64,000 bases of DNA from Octopus bimaculoides (Eukaryota): the NCBI RefSeq assembly GCF_001194135.2, contig NC_068984.1:23607616-23671615 (forward strand). Reading direction: 5' to 3'. A program made the translations under genes and the position numbers. Below the pieces are notes generated by a model. The model did not search any database. It saw nothing but the letters and a program-made list of their open reading frames with translations, and was not told where the DNA came from. This document shows, piece after piece, positions 40,090 through 54,515 of the stretch. How positions within the stretch are numbered: position 1 is the stretch's first letter; each line of letters opens with the position of its first letter.

Positions 40090-40816
40090 ATAATAATTAA
40101 AATATAATTGGTAGATTAATTTATATGCTAATTAAATAGGTTGTTCAGAATAATTTCAAAGCTTTGAAAGTAAATAAAAACTGCAACAAAGGTACACAAA
40201 GAAACAACAACAACAAAAGACAATGGCCAACACATGCACCAATTATGAAAGCAACATTTTATCAAATGTTACAGGTGGCAAATTAGAAATTAGAATATTT
40301 TTAACATGCAACACAAAAAGGAACTAATAATAATTTTATTAAAAAATCCAAAACCATTCCAAGTGAGCCAAAATTCTCAAAGAATGGTATATTACCTTCT
40401 AGTCGTCAGCACATTTTAAAAGGAGTAGAGGGGAAAAAAATAATAATAAATGAAATTAATAAAATATAACAAAAGAGAAAAAAAAATTCAAGTATTATTT
40501 CATAAATATGGACACAAACATAACACACACATGCACTCACACATATTTAAATATCATATACATACATATTCAACTATATATATATATATATATATAAATA
40601 AAAGCATTCTTTATGTTATAGGCATGTTAAATTATTACATACACATTATATGATACATACATACTACATAGTATATATTATAATCATATTAAATGGATTA
40701 TATATATACATGCACACACACACATACATATATACATTATACAACAAATAAATATATGTGTATACACTTCCACTACATAATATACATTGTATATTTATAT
40801 TCCATATTGCAAATGT

Positions 40817-40851
<35 letters not shown>

Positions 40852-41015
40852 TACATAGGACATATTGTAGAAATACTCTAAATATTGTATGTTATATATA
40901 TGAGCATATACATAAGTACGTTTGTGTGAATGTGTTATATGTGAGTTTGTATGTGTGTGTGTATATATATATAAATATATTTGTATACACCTATANNNNN
41001 NNNNNCCTATATGTA

Positions 41016-41047
<32 letters not shown>

Positions 41048-44000
41048 GTACGGCTGTAAGGTACAAACATGACTGTGGTTAAAAAGTTCTATTTCCAACC
41101 AAGTAGTTTTAAGTTCAGTCCCATTGTAATACTTTACAGACACACTGTAATACTTTACTAGTTAAACCAGTCATATCCAGTCCAAATATTCTAACTCTCT
41201 TTTGTTCAAACCAACCAGGTCCAATCTCTCACACCTACCATACAATATCATTCTAAAAATATACAGTCACATCATTGAAATCGCAAAGTTATGAGACAAT
41301 GAATGATAAATTCAAAACTATGTGAACAAATAAGCATTACATTTGACAGAATAATCTGAATGCTAAAGATTGGATTTCATGAGCAGAAACAGAAAGAAGT
41401 CTGTAGTATGTATATATATATATATACAAGTATATATGTGTATATATTTGTCTCCTTATCTTGAAATCATAAAATAGTTGTAGACAACCAGTGCAGTATT
41501 CTTTGTTTCTGGTTTATTGTGAAAACACGTCTGACCATGGAGTAATATTATCTTGCTCGGAAAAAAAGGTGAGTGTGGGTGACAGGAAGAGCATCCAACT
41601 GTAGAAAATCTGCCTCAATAAATTCCAGTTGATCCATACAAGCATAGAAGAGTGAACACTAAAACCAGGATGATAGTAGTTGTGGCCAATGCTGGTGTTT
41701 CATAACTGACACGCAAAAAGCACCCACTACACTCTTGGAGTGGTTGGCATTAGGAAGGGCATCCAGCTGTAGAAACCATGCCAGATCAGATTGAAACCTG
41801 GTGCAGCTCCCCAGCTTACCAGTTTTCAGTCAAACTGTCCAACCCATGCCAGTATGGAAAACAGGCATTAAATGATGATGATCACATACACACACATACA
41901 TGTATAGACATATTAAAAAAATTGTGTATGTATGTATGTATGTATGTATACACACACACACACGTTTATATACATACATTTGTATATCATCATTATCTAA
42001 TGTCCACTTTTCCATGCTCACATGAGTCAGATGGAATTTGCTGAGACAGAGTTTCTACTGCAAAATGCCCCTCCTGTCAGCAACCCTCACCTGTTTCCAA
42101 GCCAGTTAATATTTCTTCACAGCCAGACATGTTTTTCATGGAAGACTGGAAACAAACATTGCTTGTATGATAGCGATGCTCGTTTATAATCAAGACAAGG
42201 GTACAAACAAACACGCACACACAGATACACACACACTGCAACTACAATATCTTTATATATCTTATTTCTACTTTCATTCTCTTATTTCCCTCAATATTCC
42301 TTATCTTTTCCACAATAATTCGAACTCAAATATTTTCTCACACCACCTCTGATGAAGGAATACCCATAATATCCCAGAAACAGCTGTAAGACTATTTCAT
42401 TATAAATGTCCTGAAAACTCCTCACAGCCTTGGATCTGCTATCTCATTCGATCTAACATATATATATATAACCCACCATAAAGGGCTTCTTTCAGTTTCT
42501 TCCTATCAAATCCACACATAAGCCTTTGGCTGACCTGAAGCTTCAGTAGAAGACACTTGCTCAAGGTACCACGTAATGGGACTAAACATCATCATCATCA
42601 CTGTTTCTGAGACCATATGGCTGGGAAGCAAGCTTCAAACAATACAGCCACAACTGTACCATATATATACACGCACATACATTTATATGCATACATATAC
42701 ACAGACACACACACACATATATATATATATATTTACATTACATGCACATGTGTGTGCATTTAGACACACATGTACATAAAGGTATGTACATGTGATCAAA
42801 CAGACTCTAAAGTGGTTTGTGTCAGTCTGTTCCAGCAAGACAGTAAAATCGATAAAAAGAGTAAAGTGTATCTATGTACATCAATATTATGAACCTTCTC
42901 GTTGTAAACAACAGACGAGGGTTACAAATTTTCTCACTGAACAACCAGCACGGACAATTTGTTTACAGTGATCAGATGTTTGTGATGCACATAAGCTCAT
43001 TCCCTACATCAAAATCAACATTGTACAGGTACACATTGTGCAATATGTCAGCTGTCAAAGTGATCACAGAGTAACATGAGGTGTTTTGCCAAGAACACAA
43101 CACATTGCCCAGTCCAGGATTCAAAGCCACAATATTACAATCATGAGTGCAACACTCTAACCAATAGGCCATGCATACTCACATACACACATACTATATA
43201 GTTTATGCATAATATACATATTTCATATGCCATATATGCTTGTGATATCAGTGTCTGAAAAGATGTTGATTTTCTATATACTGTAGCGGCGAGATTTGAC
43301 TGGCATGTGGTGACTGGATACCTCCCACTGATAATTTCCAGTAGAATGAAATCACATGATATGGGAGTTTTGACACCCATGACAGATAATTTTCATCTGC
43401 TACAATCTACGTTTGTGCTTTTAGATGCCAATTGTCTATACGAGAAGATCTCTCAAGGCTAATAACGCAGTATTCAGTGTTCTAACAAGACATCCACATT
43501 AGGTTGGATATTAAGACACAAACACACTCACATACATATTTTATATAGAAAGCCAAGAACTATATAAGAATGCAAGCATATTCTTCCTATGCTTTCAATG
43601 TATGGAAAAAAAAGGGTCTCTTGACAAGGCATTTCGTTATTTGTTAATCACTCCTCAGAGCAAATATAACCAATTTCTTTCTCCTTTTTTCTGCACATCA
43701 AAAGCATAAAAGAAATATATTTACATTCTAACATAATTCTTTATCATGACTAATGGTTTTCTAATTATTTAATTTCTGATTCATATTATGATGTGCACAA
43801 AATATATATCATCAACAAACTGTCTAAAGCACAAATAAGCTAATTAAGCTGTCCATCTTGGTAGTAGCTCAATATATNNNNNNNNNNNNNNNNNNNNNNN
43901 NNNNNNNNNNNNNNNNNNNNNNNNNNNNNNNNNNNNNNNNNNNNNNNNNNNNNNNNNNNNNNNNNNNNNNNNNNNNNNNNNNNNNNNNNNNNNNNNNNNN

Positions 44001-44197
44001 NNNNNNNNNNNNNNNNNNNNNNNNNNNNNNNNNNNNNNNNNNNNNNNNNNNNNNNNNNNNNNNNNNNNNNNNNNNNNNNNNNNNNNNNNNNNNNNNNNNN
44101 NNNNNNNNNNNNNNNNNNNNNNNNNNNNNNNNNNNNNNNNNNNNNNNNNNNNNNNNNNNNNNNNNNNNNNNNNNNNNNNNNNNNNNNNNNNNNNNNN

Positions 44198-44248
<51 letters not shown>

Positions 44249-46098
44249 TCAGCTGACACTCCATTCTATGCTATCAATTGGGGAAGGGGACGAGATATGT
44301 CTTGTCTGAAGTGTGATCAACAAATAATTAAGAGAAATGTCAGGAGATACCTTAATGCACATCGATAGCCTATAAGAAGTGAGTTTAATTCTTTATCTCA
44401 ACTAATGCTTTTCTAATATTAAAATTTATTTCAGTATTTCTGTTTCGCACTGTGTTGTGCATAAAGTAAATACATATATATATAAATATTAATGTTTGTA
44501 TCTATGTATAATTATATAGACATAGAAAACAGTCAAGCATTAACTAAAGGATGGTTCAAAACCATTCAGAAGACAATCATATTTATCATATTTTTACAAA
44601 TAAACATTTAACAGTTACTTCAAAATTTCAACTTAGTCATCCTTGTCAGTCTGATGAGGTAAAGCTAAAATTTCAAAGTAACTGACACACATTTCCCTGC
44701 GAAGATAACAGCTGTGTGGTTAAGAAATTCACTTCTCAACCACATGGTTCCAAGTTCAGCCCCACTGTGCAGCACCTTGGGACAAGTATCTTCTATAGCC
44801 TCAGGTTGGCTAAAGTTTTGTGTGGATTTGGCAGACAGAAACAAGACAAAATACATAGTATATTACACTACATGTGCGTGCATGTATATATATGTATGTA
44901 CATGCATTTGTTTACATTTATGCTTCTCCAAAAATTACAAGTTACAAGCAATGATGATGTAATTTTTCCTGTTAAACAATCCACTGGTTTTCCATCTTCA
45001 CAGACATGTCTGGTTGTAAAACAATGCTACAATAATATATTTGTCTAACCCACAATATCATGCAAAAATTGATATGATATTACTGAACAAATATACATGC
45101 ATGTTAAAAATTATATACATGTATATATCATCAGCTTCATCATCATTTTAATGTCCACTTTTCTGTTAGCATAGGACTGACAAAATCCAATGAGGCAGAT
45201 TTTCTAAAGCCAGGTGCCTTTCCTGCTGTCAAACCTCACCTGTTTCCAAGTAATATTTCTCTTTATCCTTTGAACATACCTTGTCACACATTGTACATGT
45301 TGACTCTGCCTGAAAATGACATTAAGAGTACAAGTACTTTTAAAATGCTCAGCCACTTACAAGTTACCAGTAACCCAGTTACTGAATAACTGAATCCTCA
45401 CCAGTGAAGGACGTAAATCCACTATTACCACATATCAGGTATAACTAAGCACAGGAATGGCTGCAGTTGAGAAGATTGCTTCCTAACCATGTTGTCTCAG
45501 GTTCAATCTAACTGCAAAACACCTTGGGCAAATATTTTCTATAATTAGTATCAAGCTGATCTTAGCCTTGTTTTACATATTAATTATCCTCATTTATCTT
45601 TCATTTTGTTATACCTACATGAATTTGTTAAGGCAGATTTTCTAATGCTGGATGCCCTTCTGGTCACCAACCCTCACCTGTTTTCAAGCACATATATATA
45701 ATATTTGTTCTTTATTTTTTATGTTTGTTTTTACCATGTTAGCATTAGTTACCGAGGCATTGATTTACAGTCAGATGGCTTTCCTGGTGCTAACCCTTAA
45801 TCATTTTCCAAGTAAAGCATCTCTTATTTCACATGGTTTTGAAGGCATAAAGTATGCAAATGATTTAATGACAGAAGTGCCACTGAAATAATGTGATTCT
45901 CCTATAAACAAGCATAGTTATAAACAAACAAACACACACATGATGTGCTTCTTTTCAGTTTCTGTCAACCAAATCCAATCACAAAGCTTTGATCAACCCA
46001 GAGCTTGAGTAGCAAACACTTGCCCAAGGTGGTTGTATCAAAAATCATTTAATTGGGAAGTGAACTTCTTAAGAATATAGTCATGCTGCGCCTATAAC

Positions 46099-46154
<56 letters not shown>

Positions 46155-49100
46155 TATGTGTATATGTGTTATATATATATATTATATTGTATAGATGATA
46201 ATACTCTTGGTCATGAGAAACAATTAAAAGGGTTGGTGACAGGAAGACCATTCATCCCTACTTGTCACCAACTCTCTTATGCTAGCATAGAAAAAGGGAT
46301 GTAAAATAATGCCAATGAATATGATATGAGAATTAACTACATATTCTATATGTACAATTGCATAAGTTGTTGGTTTAGTGACTACATGGTGATAAGTCCA
46401 TGCTTTACCATATCCCTTGGACAAGGAAGATAACTGCTTCTTAATAAACTCCACTCATACCATAGTTAAGAGGTTAAAAGCACAAAGTGCAGCAATATGC
46501 TAATATCAAAATTTCCAATGACAAAACTACATCCTCTCATACTCACACAAACTTCCCATATGTTGTAGCATGCCACAAAATAAAAGAAGGAATGGAAAAG
46601 AAAACTGTAACCATCTGGAATCTATTGATAAAAACAAGGGATGCCTCACTAAAATTGTTTTTGATGTTTGCCATGACCTTATCTTTGAGTGTGGGGGAAG
46701 AGGGCAACAAACTATGTAAATCCTCAGTTGTTTCCCTATAAAGCACCTTTGCTCAGCTTCCATGTTATGTATACTGTTTTTTTTCTTTTTCTTTCTTTCT
46801 GCTATTACAGTTTCCTTGGAATGTGGAACTGATATAATGGGGAAGTAAGAAGTAGAGATGAACATAAATGAAAGTACAGTTAAACTTATATATGCAATTG
46901 AAATCTAAAAAATCGTTATCATCATCATCACCATCAGATACATTACAGAAAAATCATAGTTCCAATCAGGTTAAATATAAGTATTCAGGCAATTTATATG
47001 ATTATAGCAAATACTAGTAGTTTAATTAAAGCCTTGTTATCGAAATATGAACAAAGTCATTTCAATGCTGAACAAAAGAAAAATTGCTAAATTCATAATT
47101 AGGATTATTAAAGCTGAAATATAGATTAAAGTTAATTTTCTCTTCCTGAAGCATTGTTGTAGATTTCAGCACTCTTCCTTGCTTAAGGTATGTTTCATTG
47201 AACAAAAAAATAATAATAATAATCAAGAGGATGTAAAAAAAAAAAATAGAGATAATAATTATTACAGCAAGACAAATATGAAGTTGGGGGAAAAAATAAT
47301 TGCAGATTCTGTTATTTCAAACTATGATACTTGTTTTTGAATAAACTTTTATTTAATTATGTTCATGTTAATATACCATTTTGAAAAGGCAGATTCTTAA
47401 TGCTAATTATTTTGATTTTATTGTTTATTCTTGTTTATTTTAGGCTGTCCACTTAAAGAAGAAAACAAGGAAAATTTGAGCAAATTTTATATCTATAATT
47501 CAAAATGGAATACAAAGCCTCAGCAACTGCTTGTAATGTCAACTAAGAATTTGTCTAGGGATCTATCTATATATATATATATNNNNNNNNNNNNNNNNNN
47601 NNNNNNNNNNNNNNNNNNNNNNNNNNNNNNNNNNNNNNNNNNNNNNNNNNNNNNNNNNNNNNNNNNNNNNNNNNNNNNNNNNNNNTATGGATATGTAGTT
47701 GATAGCTTCCGCTATCCGGGTGACCAAGTTAGTAGTGGGGGAGGGTGCGCTCAAAGTGTAGCTGCTAGAATAAGAATAGCCTGGGCAAAGTTCAGAGAGC
47801 TCTTACCTCTGCTGGCAACAAAGGGCCTCTCACTCAGAGTAAAAGGAAGACAGTATGACGCATGTGTACGAACAGCCATGCTACATGGCAGTGAAACATG
47901 GGCCACGACTGCTGAGAACATGCGTAAGCTCGCAAGGAATGAACCCAGTATGCTCCGATGGATGAGTAATGTCAGTGTGCATACTCAACAGAGTGTAAGG
48001 ATCTTGAGAGAAAAGTTGAACCGAAGAAGCATCAGTTGTGGTGTGCAAGAGAGACGATTGCGCTGGTATGGACATGTGGTGAGAATGGACAAGGATAGCT
48101 GTGTGAAAAAGTGCCACANNNNNNNNNNTGTGCAAGAGAGACGATTGCGCTGGTATGGACATGTGGTGAGAATGGACAAGGATAGCTGTGTGAAAAAGTG
48201 CCACACCCTAGCGGTTGAGGGAACCCGTGGAAGAGGCAGTCCCAGGAAGACCTGGGATGAGGTGGTGAAGCACGACCTCCGAACATTAGGCCTCACCGAG
48301 GCAATGACTTGTGAGAAGACCCGGCAAACCAAGTGAGACCAAAATCCAAGGCCTATGCCAGGGATGTAGCCAGCCCACTTACGCGTAACATTCCTTCATT
48401 GGACACTAAACTCCACTTGCGAAGGCCTATTGAGGCAAGTGAAATCGAAATCGAACTAAGTTTGCAGGAACACTAAACTTGGCTTGCGAAGACCTGTTGG
48501 GGCAAGCGAAAGTGAAATCGTGATGGCACCTGTACCAGTGGAGCACTAAGAGCACCGTCCGAGCGTGATCGTTGCTAGAGCAGCTGTCTGGCTTCCGTGC
48601 CGGTGGCACGTAAATAGCACCAGCGTGATTGTTACCAACATCGCCTTCCTGGCACTTGTGCTAGTGGCACGTGAAAAGACATTCCAGCGAGATCATTGCC
48701 AGTGCCGCTGGACTGGCCTTCGTGCCGGTGGCACGTAAAAGCACCCACTACACTCTCGGAGTGGTTGGCGTTAGGAAGGGCATCCAGCTGTAGAAACTCT
48801 GCCAAATCAGATTGGAGCCTGGTGTAGCCATCTGATCCACCAGTCTTTAGTCAAATCGTCCAACCCATGCTAGCATGGAAAGCAGATGTTAAATGATNNN
48901 NNNNNNNNNNNNNNNNNNNNNNNNNNNNNNNNNNNNNNNNNNNNNNNNNNNNNNNNNNNNNNNNNNNNNNNNNNNNNNNNNNNNNNNNNNNNNNNNNGCT
49001 GCACCAGACCGCAGTCTGATTTGGCATGTTTTCTACAGCTAGATACCCTTCCTAATGCCAACCACTCCGAGAGTGTAATGTGTGCTTTTATGTGCCACCG

Positions 49101-52100
49101 GCATGGGTGCCAGTTGTGTGACACTAGTATCTGCCACAACTATGATTTCAGTCGGCTTGATTGGTCTCCTACTCAAGCACAGTATATTGTCAAAGGTCTC
49201 AGTCATTTGTGATTACATAATTATATATGTGTGTGTGTGTGTGTGTGTATGTATATATATACACACACACACATCCATATGTCAATAGTTCAGTAACAAC
49301 TAGATATAAATGCTTGCATGCTATATTCTTCATACATAAAGAATTCTTAATGATCATCTACTTTCAATTTTCTTGTTAAAAATTATCAGCAATAGGTATT
49401 TCAGGGTCAAGGCTTTATTCATTTTCAATGTTCTAGTTTTTTTGTTTCCATATTAGTCACAAATTAATTACTTCATTGTATTTTTTCTATTTACAGAACA
49501 TAAAGTTTTATTCAGTGTTTAATCAACTGTGACCTTGTCATCTTATAGAACAAGATTTTGACACTTGAGGCCATTGAACTGAATTGTTCCATTATTAACT
49601 ATCATAGAAATTCCCTATTTTTCCAGACTTCCATGTTAACATAATAAAGAAAAGTCAAGAAGAAAATAGGTCTTGTGTTCTTGAATTCCAAATTATAAGA
49701 TTGTCAGGAATGCAATACTTCTATAATAGAAAGGGTGCTTATATAGCAATAACTAACCAAAGAATTTAGACACACACCAAAATTCGTCAATGAACTTAAC
49801 CATGACCAAAACATCTTAAGCACAAAATTTTTAATTTAGCCTTTTCTACATACATTTCAATATTTTTCTGCAAAGTTGAATGACTGATATAATTATTGCT
49901 TATGGCTATTCTATTTAATACATAACTTTGTTAATCCGTTGAACAGCAGCCTGTCTGAAACAGCCTCTCATTTAATGTTAGTGTGCTAGTATGTAAACTA
50001 AAACCTTTGGTTACAATTTTTGTACATGAACTTTTTCTTATGTCCAAAACATCAGCTCGATGATAAAAAGTTATTTCATTGAAACCCTAAAAATCTTTCA
50101 TTATTCTCAAAATAAACTGAAACATACAAGGAATGTATGTTACTTGAAACAGGGAAATAAACCTTGCCATATAAAGACGTAATACAACAGTTAAATCAAT
50201 AAACCACAAAGATACAATTGGATACACATAGTCAGCAGTTCTCAGGACATCAAAAAAAAATTTTAATAAATAAATGAAGGAAACAACCCTCAGAATCAGA
50301 TGAAATTAGTACTTACACAGCAATTACTGCTGTGGAAATTAGATAATGTGCAAAATAAACAGTTTTGTGTGAAAGATTTGAATTATGATAAAGATTGTGT
50401 CACAAGATCAAAGTATTTGGGAGGGTGTAGTCATTTAAATCAAGCTCAGTGGTATCAGGTACTTATTTTATTGAAAGGATACTAACAAGGTTGGCCTGGG
50501 AAGAAAAAAAAAAAGAGGAATTGATTTCATTGAAAATGTTAGGACACTGTCCATATATCTGAGATAGTGCTGCTGCTGCTAAACACATGAAAATCCTAGA
50601 TCACATCCAAAGATATCCATCTGGCTGACTGGCAAAACCGCTCTCACTAACACATTACAATCTGTAATCTACAATATGATTTGAGGGATACTTTTTGCAG
50701 TCATTTAACTTAGTAAGGAGGGTAGCCAAATTCCCTAAAATAACACCCAAGCATCATAAATAAATAAGGCACATCAGAAATTTGTATGACCAGAAGTATA
50801 AAAAAAATGAGACAGGCACAGTTAGAATACATTTTTGATCATAGATCAATTCAACTTAAACTGATCTAAGGTTAAACAACAACTCAATCACACCTACAGT
50901 TTCCTCTGTCTGCTTCTTCTATTACATCAACTCCTCTTCTGAAGAAGCAAAACATAATCTAGCTAAGCTCTGGCTAGCCTAATTCATCACAGCTATTCAT
51001 CCTTACTATGTCCACCTTCAAACCCGCACACTAAGCAATTTATTCAATTCTTCCTCTTCGGATCAGCAATCTACTGAAATTTCATTCCTGCTGCCTTTGC
51101 TTCTCAGACAGAAGTTCAAACTAAACATCAACTACAACTTCACTATTACAAGAGGGCTTGCAAAAGTCACCAAAACTCACTGAATAATGCTCCCTTACAT
51201 TGGAAGAGTTTTGACAGGGACATAGTTAACTAAATTGATTTCAGTGACCACTGTATATCTGGTTCTTATTTTATCAAATCTAGAAACCAGCAAACAACCC
51301 CAGAAGGATAAGAGTTGAACTCAGAACAAAAAGAGATATCTAAATAAAACATATTTTAACTTATGCTCTACCAATTTTGTTATCCACTACATTGACTAAA
51401 ATAAAATGAAATAAGGCCATTTTTACAATAACGCAAAGTATTTCCTACAAATAGCTGCCTGATGCCAGGAATATAAAAATATCTGTTATATACCTCAAAA
51501 AGACCAGTAATAAAGGAAGAAATTAATATGTATACACATACACATCCACTGTCTCTCTCTATCTCTCTCTCACATAAGATGTACATCATACAAATGTAAT
51601 TCAAACACATACATAGCAAATATAAAGACAACTGAAACTTAGGCAGAAAAGTTCAATGATACTGTTGAACAGCTATATATCAAGATCTTAATCTACCAAT
51701 TCACTGCCAGTAGAGACAGAAAACTAGACAGAATATCTTGAAGCATTTGTTCCAAGTCTCTGCCCTCAGAGTTCAAATTCAGCTGAAATCAAATTTGCCT
51801 TTCATTGTTTCAGAGTTTATGAAGTACCAGCCCTGCACAGAGGATGATTCTTCTCTTTCTCTTTCTTCTGGAAGAAATCAGTACTGTCAAAACCTGAGGA
51901 GGGATGGACTCTGCCAGATCTAAAATTGCTCTACGTAAAAATAGTACCACTACAATTCAACTAAGGAATTATGGGACCCAGGCAAGGTGTGTGTGGGTGT
52001 GCACACACACACACACACATATCTATATTTTTTATAATTAGTTAGTCTGCAGAGGAAAGGCAGTGCCTGTGACATTTTGCAGCCTCTAAGATTGATGAGA

Positions 52101-54445
52101 CCAATGTGGATAATATTTGGTTTGAACTTGATAGCTGACACCTGTGGTAAAAAAAAATATAGCTAATGAGGGAGGCTCCAACAATGGTTACTCCTGCTGC
52201 AAAAAATAGCAGTCAAATTCCCCTTACTATCTTACAAAAACATAAAGGAAAGCCCTGGATACACTGTTTGAACCAAATGGGGTAATTCTGGCTAGACTGT
52301 CTTTGATTATACGTCTGTTCAATCAGCTGACCTGGAGTTACTACTTAGACATTTAAATAAGGATGTAATTCCAGCTATTTGAGGAGTGTTTAGAATAACA
52401 TCAGTGTAGAAGTGACATAGTAAAGATAATGAAAGGAAAAGCAAGTACTTGGGATTGGTCAGGGCAGAGCTGGAGGTAGATAGCTAGTTTAGAAGAACAG
52501 AGGCCATAAAAGTAGAGAGAAGAAAACATTATATGTAGGCCAGTGGTTGTAGTGTGTTGCCCTGTGAGTAGTTGCTAATCAGCCAAAGTTATTTGTTTTT
52601 TTTTGTTTTATATTTGTAAGTGGTCAAGAGCAGCTCATGAGAAGAGGTGAGTTCTGGGAATTTGAGGAGGATACTTCTTTGAAAAATATGTTAGCTGCTT
52701 GTGAATGAACTGAGAGGGAGAGAGAGAGCGAGAGAGAGTGTTGGGTGTGCATATGCTAGCAGTAAGATCACAAACATGTTGCCAAATGTGGTTTGCCCCT
52801 CAAGAGGAAGCCTATCATGTAAGATACAGCTTTACCATTTATACATGTGAGGTCTCCATGAAAGATTCATCAAAGGTTGTGAGACCATATTTCTACAACT
52901 TTGAGAATTTTAGTATTGTTCATGCACAGAGAGGGTACAGTGCAAGATTGTTTCTTTGATATGTGTAGCAACTGTGTCTTTTTGCTGTTGAAGTAGACTA
53001 GATTAGTATAAGCCCACTGGAGGATGTTTTTTAAGTTTTCGCTCAAAAAAGTAATGCATGTCTAACATGAGATATCTAGGCAAGATGTGGAAGACATCTG
53101 GGTACAGAAGGTTAAGGAGGAGAGAAGGATGGTATCTTTTGGATAGAAGTTATGTGTGGCTAGAAATAGCTGCAAATAGGTCATTCATGTACATAAAAAA
53201 AAAAAAGAGTATGTTAGACATAACTGAACCTTGATAGAAGAGGAGTTTAAGAAAGCCCTGTTAAAACATGCTGCAATAGTGCAGTCGGACCAATGACTTC
53301 TAATCCAGGATGATACGAGGCAGATTAAATTAATAGGTAGGCAACATAGTTACAAGATCTTCATGTTTAAGGGAACGACATAACTTTTGTGAAGGTTCTC
53401 CAGAGCAAAGGACCACTGGTGTGATTTATAGAACTATTTCTATAGATCTATATGGTTTTCCATAGACTGAGATTTTCCATGATTTGGTGGTGGTGATGGA
53501 GCTAGCTTTGAAGAGTACTAAATGAATATTATCTCAAATAGTGCACTAAGGATATCAGTCCCTGGCTGGAATGATTAAGGAAATTGTTGTTTTGCCAAAT
53601 TGGCCATGATCAGCCAACCATGACTGTCTTTTATTTTTGTTGTTCAGGCAGTGTACTCCAGACTACATTATGAAATATATTTTTCCTTTTTTTTAAGATG
53701 ATAGTTCATGATCTGAGGAAGATTTGGCATTTAGAACTAACAGGTGGCAAGATGGAGTAACTACTAGACCTCTCTTCATTAGTGTGTAACTAGAAAAGTG
53801 CCTAAGCAAATGAAAGTGAGTGGTGGTAAGACAGGTTAAGTAGAGTGAAAAGTGCTTCAAAGAAGATTTGTTGCATGTGCAAAGATAACCAGACCCTAGT
53901 AGTGTAGTCACAGGTTAATATTCAAGACTCATATGGTAGCGATCTGGCAGAAATGTTAGCACACTGGGCAAAGTGCTAAGTGGTATTTTGTCTGTCTTTA
54001 TGTTCTGAGTTCAAATTCCACTGAGGTCGACTTTGCCTTTCATCCTTTCGGGGTCGATAAATTAAGTACCAGTTGCATACTGGGGTTGATCTAATCAACT
54101 GGCTCCTTCCCTAAAAATTTCAGGTCTTGTGCCAAGAGCACAAAAGAATATTAAAGACTCATTATTTTGTTTAATATCTTAATTTCATTATGACCCCTTT
54201 AACACAGTTGGCTTCATGTCGTCTAATAGCATAGATGACAATGTTGGTAATGAGGATGGATATGTTCTATTACCCATTAATGTTATCAAACAAAATATGG
54301 AACACACATAGTCTAATTAATATTCTGCAAGTGTGAAACAAAACAAAAATATTGAGAGATTGTTTAAATTCCATGGAGATGCGAAGTTAAGATTCTTCAA
54401 ATGAATAAGTCTCTTAAAACAAATTTAAGTGCACCGCTTTGAGGA

Positions 54446-54515
<70 letters not shown>

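Noticed and set aside
43840-44264. Long ORFs made mostly of X (also 32152-32526 and 62386-63148)
   Set aside because: Translations of assembly gaps and (TA)n.
48039-48207. Direct duplication of about 78 nt in the RTE ORF
   Set aside because: The copies are identical and separated by exactly 10 N, which indicates a contig-overlap artefact.
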